In this document: piece by piece, positions 54,308 through 64,000 of the stretch | How positions within the stretch are numbered: position 1 is the first letter of the stretch | Layout: each line of letters begins with the position of its first letter | Position numbers and translations under genes: made by a program | The notes under the pieces: generated by a model | Seen by the model: the letters and a program-made list of their open reading frames with translations, nothing else | Databases searched by the model: none | Told to the model about the DNA's origin: nothing | DNA from: Parcubacteria group bacterium | Lineage (GTDB): Bacteria > Patescibacteriota > Minisyncoccia > UBA6257 > JACRHW01 | Direction of reading: 5' to 3' | NCBI GenBank assembly: GCA_016217555.1 | Contig: JACRHW010000017.1 | Location: 5,093-69,092 of the forward strand | Length of the DNA: 64,000 bases

Positions 54308-54868
54308 ATGGATGAAATACAGCAGAGAAATATAATCCTCTACGGAGTTCCCGGTTCTGGTAAAACATCTCTTGGGCAGGCGCTAAGTGAAGAGCTAAAA
54401 CTTTTTTATATAGAGGCGGATGAAATAAGAAAAATTGGTAAACAAAATCGGTCTTTAGAAACCGATCCGTTTTTCTTTTTGCCTACCACAGAAGCGTATC
54501 AGGCTATTGGAGAATGTACTGGTGAAAATATAATAAAAGGGTTGTTTGGTGTGCGCGGTGCTTATAGGGATTTGGTTCATCGAGAGGTTATTTCGCATGA
54601 AGAACCATGTATTATTGAGGCTGCTTTCCTTGATCCCATCTTCTTAAAAAACGAGGGGTTAGAAATATTGGTTGTTGTATCTTCGGAGGAAAAACATCGA
54701 CAGCAGTTTTTTACACATCGCACAGAAGATGCTCTCACCGAGAGGCAGTTTAAGAACGCAAGAATTATTCAAGATTTTTTAATCAGGGAAGCAGGGCAAG
54801 TAGATACCACTATTCTCGAAAATGACGGTGATATAAAATCCTTGGTTGAAAAATTAAAAAAGTTGTGA
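54308..54868 (+). CDS. Hypothetical P-loop NTPase/kinase-like protein
   Basis: Walker A ILYGVPGSGKTS; about 186 aa. The track ORF extends upstream over the tRNA and is not believed. Confidence 0.4.
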   Translation: MDEIQQRNIILYGVPGSGKTSLGQALSEELKLFYIEADEIRKIGKQNRSLETDPFFFLPTTEAYQAIGECTGENIIKGLFGVRGAYRDLVHREVISHEEPCIIEAAFLDPIFLKNEGLEILVVVSSEEKHRQQFFTHRTEDALTERQFKNARIIQDFLIREAGQVDTTILENDGDIKSLVEKLKKL

Positions 54869-54910
54869 CCGCATTTGGGTGGACTTGGAAAAGTTTAAAT
54901 ATTTTAGTTT

Positions 54911-55516
54911 ATGATAACGGCAATTATTTTTGATTTTTGGGAAACCCTTGGCACCAAGAATGTCGGTATTTCAAAGTCGCTACAGCAGCAATTTGATATT
55001 CCTAAGGGTGACGATTTTTCTGAAAAATATGAAAAGGCGGTGCAGTTGCACCCATGGGAAAATGAGGAACAAATGGCGAGGAATTTTCTTCTTGAATTTG
55101 GTGTAGACCAGATTGGAGAAAATATACAATTTGTAACTGAACTTTTCAAAAAAGGGGTGGATAATGCAAGTCTATTTGATGGCATTAAGGACCTTCTCGT
55201 TTCTTTGAAGGAAAAAGGTTTTAGATTAGGACTTCTTTCCAATACCACTATTTTTGAATCCACAGTTCTTAAAAACCTACAGATTGCTGATTTATTTGAT
55301 GCAGTTGTATTTTCTTGGCATAAAGGAAACCTGAAGCCGTCATTGGAATCTTTTGAGCATATTCTTTCTGAACTCAAGCTGTCAAAAGACCAGGTGATTT
55401 TTATTGATGATACCAAAAAGAATATCTCTGCTGCTGAACAGTATGGAATACGGTCCATTAGGTTCGAATCGGTTTTACAGCTTTTGGAAGAGTTGAAAAA
55501 AATAGGGATTTTATAA
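54911..55516 (+). CDS. HAD-superfamily hydrolase
   Basis: Motif I IIFDFWETLG (DxW variant), LLSNTT and IFIDDTKKN. Confidence 0.5.
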   Translation: MITAIIFDFWETLGTKNVGISKSLQQQFDIPKGDDFSEKYEKAVQLHPWENEEQMARNFLLEFGVDQIGENIQFVTELFKKGVDNASLFDGIKDLLVSLKEKGFRLGLLSNTTIFESTVLKNLQIADLFDAVVFSWHKGNLKPSLESFEHILSELKLSKDQVIFIDDTKKNISAAEQYGIRSIRFESVLQLLEELKKIGIL

Positions 55517-55539
55517 TATCTAAACAAAGGAATTATTAA

Positions 55540-55565
55540 TAAAACCCCTGTGTGGGGTTTTTGGT
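55540..55565. terminator. Bidirectional Rho-independent terminator
   Basis: AAAACCCC-TGTGT-GGGGTTTT lies between convergent genes. Confidence 0.5.
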
Positions 55566-55569
55566 TTAA

Positions 55570-55821
55570 TTATCGGCATCCTTGGTGGTTTTCGCCATGT
55601 TCTTTGAGAAAGTCTTGGCGGAACTGTTCTATTACGCCGGGGCGTAGCTTTTTTGTTACTATATAAAGGTCTTCTAGTGTTTTCCAATCATCTTGACCTG
55701 AAGGAACAAGTTCTCCTTTTTCATCGATTGTGTCGGTTGTGTATTTCTTAAGGGCTTCGAGCACTTCTTCATCGGGAATAGTTTCATTTTCAATGAGCTT
55801 TTTGATATCTTGAACTTTCAT
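55570..55821 (-). CDS. Hypothetical small acidic protein
   Basis: 83-aa ORF. Confidence 0.3.
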   Translation of the reverse strand: MKVQDIKKLIENETIPDEEVLEALKKYTTDTIDEKGELVPSGQDDWKTLEDLYIVTKKLRPGVIEQFRQDFLKEHGENHQGCR

Positions 55822-55943
55822 TTTTTATCCCCCTATTAGTAGACAGTGTATTTATACAGTATCCATGAAGTTGATATTTGTCAAAGAAGGAAGCTTGAGA
55901 GTTCTTTGTTTTTTTGAATCTGTTACTATATAGCTATAAATAT

Positions 55944-57029
55944 ATGAACAGAGAAGGATTACAAAAAATAAATAATAAAGTTGTTTCTTCTGGTGATGTT
56001 GTGCCCGACAACGATGGGAGGGATTTTTTGTGGAATAATGTAGATTCTACTTTCAGCGAAAGAATTCGAGAGGTAAGAACATTTGATGAACTTATTGCTG
56101 CAATAGTAGAATCTCGCTTCTCGGTTAAAAATGAACACAAGGGAAATGATCACCCAGAGCATTTGATAAAACGTATTGAAATGGCGCGATTGTTTCATTA
56201 TGTAGAGATTATCCCTCCTGGCCTTGAATTACGAAAAAAAGTTGCAACGTGGATGAAGCAGGATGGTATTGTACTCGAGGATCATGTTTCGCTCGACGCA
56301 TATAAAAATTATCTCGCGCATAAACTATCTATTCTCACCACTGCCCTAAGTGATGAGGAGCTTGGAACTATTGCACAAAAAATTTCACCTGATATTTTTG
56401 CAACAATTGATACGCCCCTTGAGCGCACCATGCTTCTTTTGAATGCTCTTGCTGGGGTACAGACAAGATTTTCTTGTGCGGGACACGTTAGGGATTTGAA
56501 GAGTGACCTCGGTCTTTACTCTGGTTATATTTCGATTAATGGAATGCCCGATGAATTAGTGAAGCAAATTAAAGCCATTTTTTCTGATAAGAATTTTTTT
56601 GTTGAATGGGAGTCTGGTAATGTTTTGCGTTTTTATCAAATTCCTAATGAAACATATTGTAAAGAAAAGGGCTACCCATCTACAGAGGAAGTTTTACTTT
56701 TGGGAAAACACAAGATTGAGGCATTATTTGGTGGGGAAGTATTTTCATGGTGGCCTCTAAATGCTCAAGAACTCTTTTCATCTCATTATAGCTTTCGTGT
56801 TGAGCTACAAAAGATGTTACAACATTTTATGGAGACGAAAAAAATTGCTCAGAGTGAATACAAGGCTCTTTTTGATGTCACTGATGATTTGGAGCCAGGA
56901 AAGTTAATAAGAGGGGTTTATGGGGATTATTTTCATAGTCATGAAGCAGAAGCGGCAAGGGACAGATATATTAAAAAGCTTGAGGAGGTGCTTATACGTT
57001 ATCGTGAAAGTCTTACAAATGCTTTATAG
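55944..57029 (+). CDS. Hypothetical protein
   Basis: About 360-aa ORF starting at the ATG at 55944. No recognised motifs. Confidence 0.35.
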   Translation: MNREGLQKINNKVVSSGDVVPDNDGRDFLWNNVDSTFSERIREVRTFDELIAAIVESRFSVKNEHKGNDHPEHLIKRIEMARLFHYVEIIPPGLELRKKVATWMKQDGIVLEDHVSLDAYKNYLAHKLSILTTALSDEELGTIAQKISPDIFATIDTPLERTMLLLNALAGVQTRFSCAGHVRDLKSDLGLYSGYISINGMPDELVKQIKAIFSDKNFFVEWESGNVLRFYQIPNETYCKEKGYPSTEEVLLLGKHKIEALFGGEVFSWWPLNAQELFSSHYSFRVELQKMLQHFMETKKIAQSEYKALFDVTDDLEPGKLIRGVYGDYFHSHEAEAARDRYIKKLEEVLIRYRESLTNAL

Positions 57030-57120
57030 CATTATCCCCAGTATTTACTCGCAATATTGTATTATTGGGTTGGGGGAGGTATCGTAGGAAATACAGTACC
57101 TTGAAAAGGAGGGGATAAGA

Positions 57121-57522
57121 ATGCCGACGGGAGAGTTTCTGTTTTCTGACTTTTTGAAACACTTTTTGGAATATGCAGGAGATGAGAATGGGGTAATAAG
57201 TTTTTCGCCTCCCAACGCACGTCCTTGGCATCTATTTTTGTGGCATACGCGTTCTCTTTTTCTTGATGCGCATCTTCCTTATGGTTATTTCGGTGGTTTT
57301 TCTTTTGATAAGGGTACTCCTGAATCGATGGATGTTATGAGGGCAATGGAGGCGTTACGGTGGGTATTCCATGTGCGTCATCCCGATTGGCGAATTGTTC
57401 TTTATCCAAAGATGTACCGAGAACCTATCTCATCTCATTTTCCTAAGGACCCTACGCTTACTCGTTCTCTCGAGATTGCTTATGCGGTCGCAATAAGAAC
57501 AGATGGATTTCTTGAGCTTTAG
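57121..57522 (+). CDS. Hypothetical protein
   Basis: 133-aa ORF. Confidence 0.3.
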   Translation: MPTGEFLFSDFLKHFLEYAGDENGVISFSPPNARPWHLFLWHTRSLFLDAHLPYGYFGGFSFDKGTPESMDVMRAMEALRWVFHVRHPDWRIVLYPKMYREPISSHFPKDPTLTRSLEIAYAVAIRTDGFLEL

Positions 57523-57633
57523 AAATATAATAATCAACGACTCACACGAGTCGTTTGCTTTTATTCTTACTATGTGATATAATGTACAGTGATCGGAATA
57601 GATCATTGAAAATAGAGAAAGAGGTGATAATGA

Positions 57634-58251
57634 GTGCATAGGATCAAGTGTGTTTTATTTGATTGGGACGGGACACTACAGCGTGGTTCTCTCGTAAAGT
57701 ATTACGGATATTTAGTGCTTGGTGTTTTTTTGAGCAGGAGGATGAAGCAATTTGTTTTCGAATGTATCGAGCTTGTCGATTCTTTTTTTGCGCGACCACA
57801 TCTTGTTCTGTCTGAATTTGAGTTGTGGAAGTTAAAGAAGAAGTATCACATTGGTATTGTGACCAATAGAAGCAAGATGTTTATGGAGACGATGCTGAAA
57901 CGAGCTGAAATTAAAGAAGGTTTTTTTGAGGTGATTGGTGCAACGCGTGGGCTTTGGAACACGTGGGATAATGCTTCTCGAGGGTGGATTTTAATCGATC
58001 CAAAGCCTTCATTGTTTTTGTCTCAATTTCCTTTTCTCGCTTTTTTGAAGAAGCATAAGATAGATTTGTCAGAAATTCTTTTTGTGGGGGATGATGTGAG
58101 TGACTATCTGTCTGTGAAGGGAACGCAGGTTTATTTCGCAGGGATCGCCTGTACCGAGGCACAAAAGAAAAGTTTTCTTAATGCAGGACTTTCTCAGGAA
58201 TACATTTTCGAAAATCTTAAGGACGCACTTTCCTATTTTGGTATTTGTTAG
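57634..58251 (+). CDS. HAD-superfamily phosphatase-like protein
   Basis: Motif I VLFDWDGTL; VGDDVSDY is motif IV. Confidence 0.5.
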   Translation: MHRIKCVLFDWDGTLQRGSLVKYYGYLVLGVFLSRRMKQFVFECIELVDSFFARPHLVLSEFELWKLKKKYHIGIVTNRSKMFMETMLKRAEIKEGFFEVIGATRGLWNTWDNASRGWILIDPKPSLFLSQFPFLAFLKKHKIDLSEILFVGDDVSDYLSVKGTQVYFAGIACTEAQKKSFLNAGLSQEYIFENLKDALSYFGIC

Positions 58252-58299
58252 GTAACAATAAAAACCGCTTGCATGGGCGGTCTTTTTTTTATCATGTCC

Positions 58300-58686
58300 T
58301 TATGCTAAGAAGAATCTTTTTAGAAAGGATACCTTTGGTGCAAAGATAAGCCATGCGATGACAAAGCTTCCAAGGGCAGCGATGAGCACGATGCCTGCCA
58401 TGAGGTCTTTGATGGCACCTACTTTATCATTATCTTCGGGGTAGAGGAGGTCAAGGAGGCGTTCTACAATACTATTAATAAGTTCAAGGACAAGTACGGA
58501 GAAAATCATGACCCATACCACCGCGCGTTCCGTACGAGAAAGGGGAAAGAAGGACATCGCAATGACACTTAAGACTGCAGCAAAGCCAATGATGCGAAAT
58601 GAAATCTCTTCCCGGAGAGCGATACCCAGGCCTTTAATAGATGCCTTAAGATTTTTTTGTATACTTCTTTTGTGGTTTGCGTGCAT
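58300..58686 (-). CDS. dgkA: Diacylglycerol/undecaprenol kinase (DgkA family)
   Basis: Three TM helices, LELINSIVE and a C-terminal GIVLIAALGSF; a 128-aa prokaryotic DAGK. Confidence 0.65.
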   Translation of the reverse strand: MHANHKRSIQKNLKASIKGLGIALREEISFRIIGFAAVLSVIAMSFFPLSRTERAVVWVMIFSVLVLELINSIVERLLDLLYPEDNDKVGAIKDLMAGIVLIAALGSFVIAWLIFAPKVSFLKRFFLA

Positions 58687-58732
58687 ATATAAAGAAGGTT
58701 AGAATATCTGTGGTTATTATACTTCAATTATT

Positions 58733-60169
58733 TTGATTATGAAAGATCCTCTTATTGCATTAAGCTACGACGATGTGCTTCTTGTGCCTCGTTTTTCGCG
58801 TATTCGTTCGAGAAGAGAGCCGGTACTTAAAACACGATTTACAAAAAACATTGCACTTAATATCCCTATTGTGAGCGCTAATATGGATACCGTGACAGAG
58901 TCAAAGATGGCGATTGCGCTGGCGAGGTTTGGAGGCATTGGCGTAATACATCGTTTTCTCTCCATTGAGCGTGAAGTAGAAGAGGTTTCAAGAGTAAAGC
59001 GTGCAGAGGCATATGTGATCGATGACCCCTATACTGTTTCTTCTGAGATACTTCTCAAGGATGCAAAGCAGAGGATGTATACATTAGGAGCTGCGTTGTT
59101 GGTAATTGATGAGCATAGAAAACTTATTGGTATTCTTACTCACAGAGACGTAGAGTTTGTTGATAGTACTACCTTGCGTGTATCTGATGTAATGACGAAG
59201 GAGTTAATTACTGCATCACCTAAGATTTCTTTGGATGGGGCTAAAGAAGTATTTATGAAACAAAAAATAGAAAAACTCCCTCTTGTTGATGCGAAGGGAA
59301 TTTTGAAAGGGCTTATTACCAAAAAGGACATTCTTGCACGTATTCGGTATCCAGAAGCTGCAAAGGATAAGAAGGGAAGATTGCTTGTGGGTGCTGCTGT
59401 GGGGGTTGTGGGGGATTATAAAGAACGTACCAAGGCGCTCATCGAGGCTGGTGTAGACGTAATTGTAATCGATATCGCACATGGGCATTCGATCATGATG
59501 AAGGAAGCGATGGCGAGCATTAAAAAAATAACAGGAGAACACGTTGATATTATTGCGGGAAATGTTGCGACGAGAGATGGGATGCGCGACTTGGTGAGGT
59601 GGGGCGCTGATGCGGTAAAGGTGGGGATTGGCCCTGGGGCGGCATGTACTACACGTATTATGACGGGTGTTGGAGTACCTCAGTTTTCTGCGGTATATGA
59701 GTGTGCAGGAGAAGCTAAGAAACTTCGTGTCCCTGTAATTGCAGATGGGGGGGTTAAAAATTCTGGTGATGTGACGAAAGCGCTTGCCGCAGGTGCCGAG
59801 ACGGTGATGATAGGAAGTATGTTTGCCGGTACGGATGAAAGTCCGGGGCAGGAGATCGTAAAAAACGGGGCGCGGTATAAACTCTATCGTGGCATGGCAT
59901 CGATTGGTGCAAACGTCGCCAAAACAAATATCTCCGGATTACAAAAAGGTGTTAACTATGAACGTATTACACCAGAGGGGGTGGAGGCAGTAGTGCCCTA
60001 TAAGGGTAAGATTGACGCGACCATTTCGTTGCTTCTTGGGGGGCTTCGGTCGGGGATGAGTTACTTGGGTGCAAAGACTATTCCCGAGATGTCAAAGAAT
60101 GCTGAATTTATACAAATTACACAGGCGGGACTTAGAGAGAGTAATAGCCATGATATTGATGTGAAATAA
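58733..60169 (+). CDS. guaB: IMP dehydrogenase family protein (tandem CBS domains inserted in a TIM barrel)
   Basis: N-terminus [13 protein letters not shown], catalytic loop [11 protein letters not shown] (Cys), a CBS pair, and C-terminus [12 protein letters not shown]. Confidence 0.75.
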   Translation: MIMKDPLIALSYDDVLLVPRFSRIRSRREPVLKTRFTKNIALNIPIVSANMDTVTESKMAIALARFGGIGVIHRFLSIEREVEEVSRVKRAEAYVIDDPYTVSSEILLKDAKQRMYTLGAALLVIDEHRKLIGILTHRDVEFVDSTTLRVSDVMTKELITASPKISLDGAKEVFMKQKIEKLPLVDAKGILKGLITKKDILARIRYPEAAKDKKGRLLVGAAVGVVGDYKERTKALIEAGVDVIVIDIAHGHSIMMKEAMASIKKITGEHVDIIAGNVATRDGMRDLVRWGADAVKVGIGPGAACTTRIMTGVGVPQFSAVYECAGEAKKLRVPVIADGGVKNSGDVTKALAAGAETVMIGSMFAGTDESPGQEIVKNGARYKLYRGMASIGANVAKTNISGLQKGVNYERITPEGVEAVVPYKGKIDATISLLLGGLRSGMSYLGAKTIPEMSKNAEFIQITQAGLRESNSHDIDVK

Positions 60170-60189
60170 TTATTTTTGTAAATTATGAT

Positions 60190-60361
60190 TTACGAAACCT
60201 CTCTTCCTCACACGTTCGGATACCTAGCGGTATCCTCACTCATCCGCAAGCGCTTCGTTGTCAACCCAACTCTCCGCCATCCGCCAACTGGCTGAGGCGG
60301 ATCGGGGTTGACAACACCCTGCTTCTCACTTGCGGAATGGTTTGGAAGAGATGTTTCGTAA
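60190..60361 (+). repeat. Family C structured element, copy 3 (full length, with 19-bp TIRs TTACGAAACCTCTCTTCC / GGAAGAGATGTTTCGTAA)
   Basis: The core CTCACTCATCCGCAAGCGCTTCGTTGTCAACCC...GGGGTTGACAACACCCTGCTTCTCACTTGCGGAATGGTTTGG is shared with copies 1 and 2. The loop carries an extra CCGCC/GGCGG hairpin. Confidence 0.7.
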
Positions 60362-60471
60362 GTCATCACTATAAAAGTACAATATACTTTTTAAGTCAAG
60401 TTCACTAATTATATAAAAGAGGTACACTGGGGCTAGTTACTTTGAAAAAAGAAAAAGGGAGTGTGACTGTC

Positions 60472-62607
60472 ATGGAAAAGAAGAGGAAGGTTATTCCGAA
60501 GAAAGTTCCATTGAAGAAAAAGGTACAAGAAATCGAGAGTGATGTGCAGGTGAAACACGTTGATACTACCTATGAGTGGAGATTTGCTGCTATTTCTCAG
60601 CTCAATTTTCCCGAACTGAGTCGTGACTATTTGCCAGCCTTGCTTAAGGAAGTCGTTGTTGAGAGAAAGGTACAAACAGTGATTCTTGCGGGTGGTGTTC
60701 TTTCGGGGAGATTTTTGGAGAATCTTTTGAAGAGTGAGATTGCAGAAAATGGAATTAAGGGAAGCGAAGAGAAGGCAGAATATCGTGCAGAGTTTGCTGA
60801 TTATTGGGCGAGACAGTTGAGCGCCTTTTTGCCTGTACTTGGCGATGGTATTAACTACCATGTTATTACTTCTCCAACGATTGCTTATGATACAACGAAT
60901 GAGAAAGGTATTGGAAGGCAAATCCTTTCGCGTTTGTATGAAATTAGAGATGAAAAAGAAAAAGACATTCGGTTGTATCTTGATGACGCGGAACCGCGTG
61001 TGCCCGTTCAGTGGCCAAAGCCTACGGAGATTCGTGTTCTTGTTCCCCAGCATAAGCCTTGGTATTCGAAACTTGTGTCCAACCTCCTTCAGCGTCTCGT
61101 AAATCCATTTGTGGCACGAACATTTTCTGATCGACCCGCATTGATTCTTGCTGGATGCACAGGGTCGGGTGTTAACATTCCTGCCTACAAGGGTATTCCT
61201 GCTATTTCAGTTCCTGCGTTTTATAAGATTAACAAGGTACGTTCGACGGAGAGTATGGTGGGATGTATTGTTGTTACAATGCGTCAAAAGAAGGGGCGCA
61301 CTACGTATAATGTAGACACGTTTGATTTTCGTCCCTTTGTGGGTGCTGAGCGTCAGTCACTTATTCCCGAGGATATGCCTCCGGAAAAAAAGCGTGTGTT
61401 GTGGCATTTGAGCCAAAACAGCCAGGGGTTCGATACTCTTCATAGTCGTTTGTATGGGTTTCGTGCTGATACAAAGACGCCAGAGAAGATTGCTGAGGAG
61501 AAGGCTCAACTGCAAAAACACCTTGATGCACTTATTGCCAGAAATTATGTAGTGTTCAAGCCGGAGATTAATCGCTATGAGCTCTCCAAGAATCTCAAAT
61601 ATGATGTGAAGGGTAGCCTCGCAACTTCATTGGAACGAGCCAAGCGTATTCGTGTGGTAGCATATGCCTGTCTCCATGTGGGGGCACTTAAGACCTTGTA
61701 TGCGACGTTTGAGCATGATATTCCCACCGTTGCTGAAGATGCAGATGCACTTGTTGATTGTGGTGACACTATTCAGGGGCTTGCTCACAACTTTGAATAT
61801 AATGGTGAATTGGTTCCCACGCTTAATACGTATGATAAGCAGAGTTTGAAGGCGGCACAAATCCATGCAAATGTTCTCCTTCAAATTTTTGACAGAAGGT
61901 TTGCAAAATATGCATCCGAGAAAAAAAATCTTGAAGAATACGTTGAGAAATGCTTGATCAAATTCATTTATTGTCTTGGTAATCACGATACGTGGTTGCA
62001 TTACAGTAAGTTGGGGTTGCCACTGTGGGATTTTCATCGAGAGATAGCATCGCTTCTTATTGCTGGTGTTATGCAACGTGTTCCTGAAATGCCCTACGAG
62101 GTATTGAGCCGTCTCGTTAATGAGAAGATTGTGCGTGTTGGTGAGAAGGAGCTTGTTGAAATTAATGGCGTTGGTATTGGTGTTACTCATCCTCACAAGG
62201 GCGGAGCAGAGACAAAAAGTGCACGTATTCAGCAGGTCATTGAGAGTCACGTTGCGAAGAAACATCCTCTTGAGGTTGTGCTTGAGCTTGTAGGAAATTT
62301 CCATACTGCCGCAGCAATCCACTGTACGTTGTTCAATAAAACATACGTTGGTGTTATGCTCGGTGCCATGCTTTCTGATACTCAATTTGAACACAAGATC
62401 AACAAGGTTGTTGACCATGGCCCTGTTGTAGTAACAGTATGGGTTGATCCACGAACGGGTCACCTGTTGCGCGATGAAATAGAGTTCTTTGACGATATGG
62501 TTCATCCCATTGACCGGCGCGTTGTTGAGGCCGATAAGCTTACTGAATCAACTGTTGTGGATATCGCAAAGCGTCTTACTCGCTATGGTGTCATTCCCTT
62601 GAGATAA
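60472..62607 (+). CDS. Hypothetical protein with a C-terminal metallophosphoesterase-like domain
   Basis: ALVDCGDTIQG (GDxxDxG-like), IYCLGNHDTW (GNHD) and GVTHPHKG (GHxH-like). The N-terminal half is unknown. Confidence 0.4.
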   Translation: MEKKRKVIPKKVPLKKKVQEIESDVQVKHVDTTYEWRFAAISQLNFPELSRDYLPALLKEVVVERKVQTVILAGGVLSGRFLENLLKSEIAENGIKGSEEKAEYRAEFADYWARQLSAFLPVLGDGINYHVITSPTIAYDTTNEKGIGRQILSRLYEIRDEKEKDIRLYLDDAEPRVPVQWPKPTEIRVLVPQHKPWYSKLVSNLLQRLVNPFVARTFSDRPALILAGCTGSGVNIPAYKGIPAISVPAFYKINKVRSTESMVGCIVVTMRQKKGRTTYNVDTFDFRPFVGAERQSLIPEDMPPEKKRVLWHLSQNSQGFDTLHSRLYGFRADTKTPEKIAEEKAQLQKHLDALIARNYVVFKPEINRYELSKNLKYDVKGSLATSLERAKRIRVVAYACLHVGALKTLYATFEHDIPTVAEDADALVDCGDTIQGLAHNFEYNGELVPTLNTYDKQSLKAAQIHANVLLQIFDRRFAKYASEKKNLEEYVEKCLIKFIYCLGNHDTWLHYSKLGLPLWDFHREIASLLIAGVMQRVPEMPYEVLSRLVNEKIVRVGEKELVEINGVGIGVTHPHKGGAETKSARIQQVIESHVAKKHPLEVVLELVGNFHTAAAIHCTLFNKTYVGVMLGAMLSDTQFEHKINKVVDHGPVVVTVWVDPRTGHLLRDEIEFFDDMVHPIDRRVVEADKLTESTVVDIAKRLTRYGVIPLR

Positions 62608-62713
62608 AATAGTATAGTTGCCCGCCCTCGTGCGGGTTTTTCTTTTCTCGACTTTGTATGTGTTTTCTGTTATTTTTAACACAGTTCATTGTTAATATGA
62701 GGGGGAGAATGGT

Positions 62714-63568
62714 ATGCGACTAGATAGTTTTGAGAGTAAGTTAAAGAGTTTGGGAGAAAATCCTGAAAAAAGTTTGTTGATGGAGATCGCTTCTGATATT
62801 GGAGATGAATTACCTCGAAATAGGTGGGAAGTAGTACGAGAGGCGAGGTCTTTAATGGCGGCGTGTAGGGAGCATCTTGGTGATAGTGAGGAGGCATGGC
62901 TTGCTAGGGGATATTTGATGGCGTTGTGTAATGTATGTGCTTCTTTTGAGGCTTATGAAAGAGATCAAAAAGTGATTAAGACATACAAGCCGATTCTCTT
63001 CGTCGATTTTGACGGCACCTTGTGCCACGACAGATTTTGGAGGAGCATGCCTCCAAACGAGCAGAATGCAATTCAGAAATGGCTATTTCAGGAAAACAAA
63101 GATTTGGTTCGCATGTGGATGGTTGGTGGTTGTACAAGCGAAGAGATAAATCATTGTATTGCTGATCAGCTCAACATTCCTTTTGAGAGACTTTGGGAGG
63201 TGTTTGTGCGAGATTGTAAAAGTATGGTTGTCTCTTCTTCTGTTCTCGAAAATCTTGTACTACTGAGGTCACGATTTGAGCTCGTACTCCTTACTGATAA
63301 TATGGATTGTTTTACCCGGTTTGCAGTACCAGCCCTTAATTTGTGGAAGTATTTTGATAGGATTATAAATTCGTATAACGAAAGGATGTCAAAACGAGAA
63401 CTACTTCTTTGTCTTATTCCCGAGTCTTTAAGAAAATTAAGTATCATCATCGATGATTCCCACGGTATATGTGAGTTATTTGAACAATTGGGTGGCGTAT
63501 CTTGTTTGGTTACAGCTGGACAAGACATCGATTATCATATCGACATATTATTGCGTAGGGATAGGTAA
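62714..63568 (+). CDS. Hypothetical HAD-like protein
   Basis: ILFVDFDGTLC (DxDGT motif I). Confidence 0.35.
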   Translation: MRLDSFESKLKSLGENPEKSLLMEIASDIGDELPRNRWEVVREARSLMAACREHLGDSEEAWLARGYLMALCNVCASFEAYERDQKVIKTYKPILFVDFDGTLCHDRFWRSMPPNEQNAIQKWLFQENKDLVRMWMVGGCTSEEINHCIADQLNIPFERLWEVFVRDCKSMVVSSSVLENLVLLRSRFELVLLTDNMDCFTRFAVPALNLWKYFDRIINSYNERMSKRELLLCLIPESLRKLSIIIDDSHGICELFEQLGGVSCLVTAGQDIDYHIDILLRRDR

Positions 63569-63613
63569 AAATACAGAAGGGAGCTTAGCGGCTCTCTTTT
63601 TTTGCATTGCATC

Positions 63614-63735
63614 TAGCGCTGTTCGATAACCTCGCATTTGTCATTCCCGCGTAGGCGAGAATCCAGGTTTTTTCATACTCTGGATCCCCGGGTCAAGCCC
63701 GAGGATGACAGAATTGTGGAGTTATCAAACAGCGC
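63614..63735. repeat. Family E composite palindromic repeat, copy 3 (same TIRs, different interior hairpins)
   Basis: Ends AGCGCTGTTCGATAACCTC ... GTTATCAAACAGCGCC. Interior GTCATTCCCGCGTAGGCGAGAATCCAGG and CTGGATCCCCGGGTCAAGCCCGAGGATGACA. Confidence 0.6.
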
Positions 63736-63846
63736 CCGCCCTTAAGTATTGACAAATCCACAAAAACTGGTATTCTCAACCCAGTACACGATGCTAGTTT
63801 CTATTAATGAAAAAGCATCAAAAAACAAGAAAAAGGAGAACCAACA

Positions 63847-64000
63847 ATGAGTAACGAACGGTTGATGCTCGATGTTGGACAAGCCAATGAGTTGAAACTC
63901 GCCTTTCGGCGAGGCAACTGGACAAACAAGGAGATCAAGGTTCTTTTGGAAGGCGATATGCTTACTCGAGTGCGAGAGGTAATACTTGGTCGTTCAGAAA
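63847..64000 (+). CDS. 5' part of a hypothetical CDS that runs off the window edge
   Basis: AAAAGGAGAA RBS followed by ATG (MSNERLMLDVGQANELKLAFRRGNWTNKEIKVL...); open to the end of the window. Confidence 0.25.
   Translation, partial: MSNERLMLDVGQANELKLAFRRGNWTNKEIKVLLEGDMLTRVREVILGRSE

Overview
This 64-kb chromosomal segment is about 45% GC and has the gene content and architecture typical of a small-genome CPR/Patescibacteria-like (Parcubacteria-type) bacterium; that assignment is an inference from gene content, not a search result. Most features sit on the + strand.

Recognisable housekeeping genes include a 5'-truncated P1B heavy-metal ATPase, a site-2 (M50) protease, glyA, folD, tatD, leuS, trmD, secD and secF. 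Also present are efp, htrA, clpB, rpmE-rpsB-tsf, rpmG, dgkA and an IMP-dehydrogenase-family gene. There are eight tRNA genes, several of them in a disrupted thrU-tyrU...rpmG-trpT-type cluster.

Accessory content includes a sigma-70 region-4 HTH protein, a membrane protein and a VirD4/TraG-like coupling ATPase that ends in a zinc ribbon. Two tandem Wzy_C (O-antigen-ligase-like)+TPR paralogues lie upstream of a 1096-aa peptidoglycan-anchored repetitive surface protein. There are also two tandem HExxH proteins, a decayed MntA/HepT toxin-antitoxin pair, an orphan HslV-like Ntn peptidase, and a LAGLIDADG-like HTH ORF wedged between tRNAs.

The most striking property is that nearly every intergenic region carries one of at least six distinct families of palindromic, MITE-like repeats. 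One family has terminal inverted repeats (TIRs) and 4-bp target-site duplications (TSDs). Another family shows compensatory stem changes between copies. A repeat module also lies in-frame inside a membrane-protein gene. Further notable points are an interrupted tRNA-Thr(UGU) gene nested around an intact tRNA-Thr(UGU), a perfect TTGACA-N17-TATTAT promoter whose spacer carries a G9 tract (candidate phase variation), and in-frame heptamer repeats inside leuS. No rRNA genes and no CRISPR arrays were seen.
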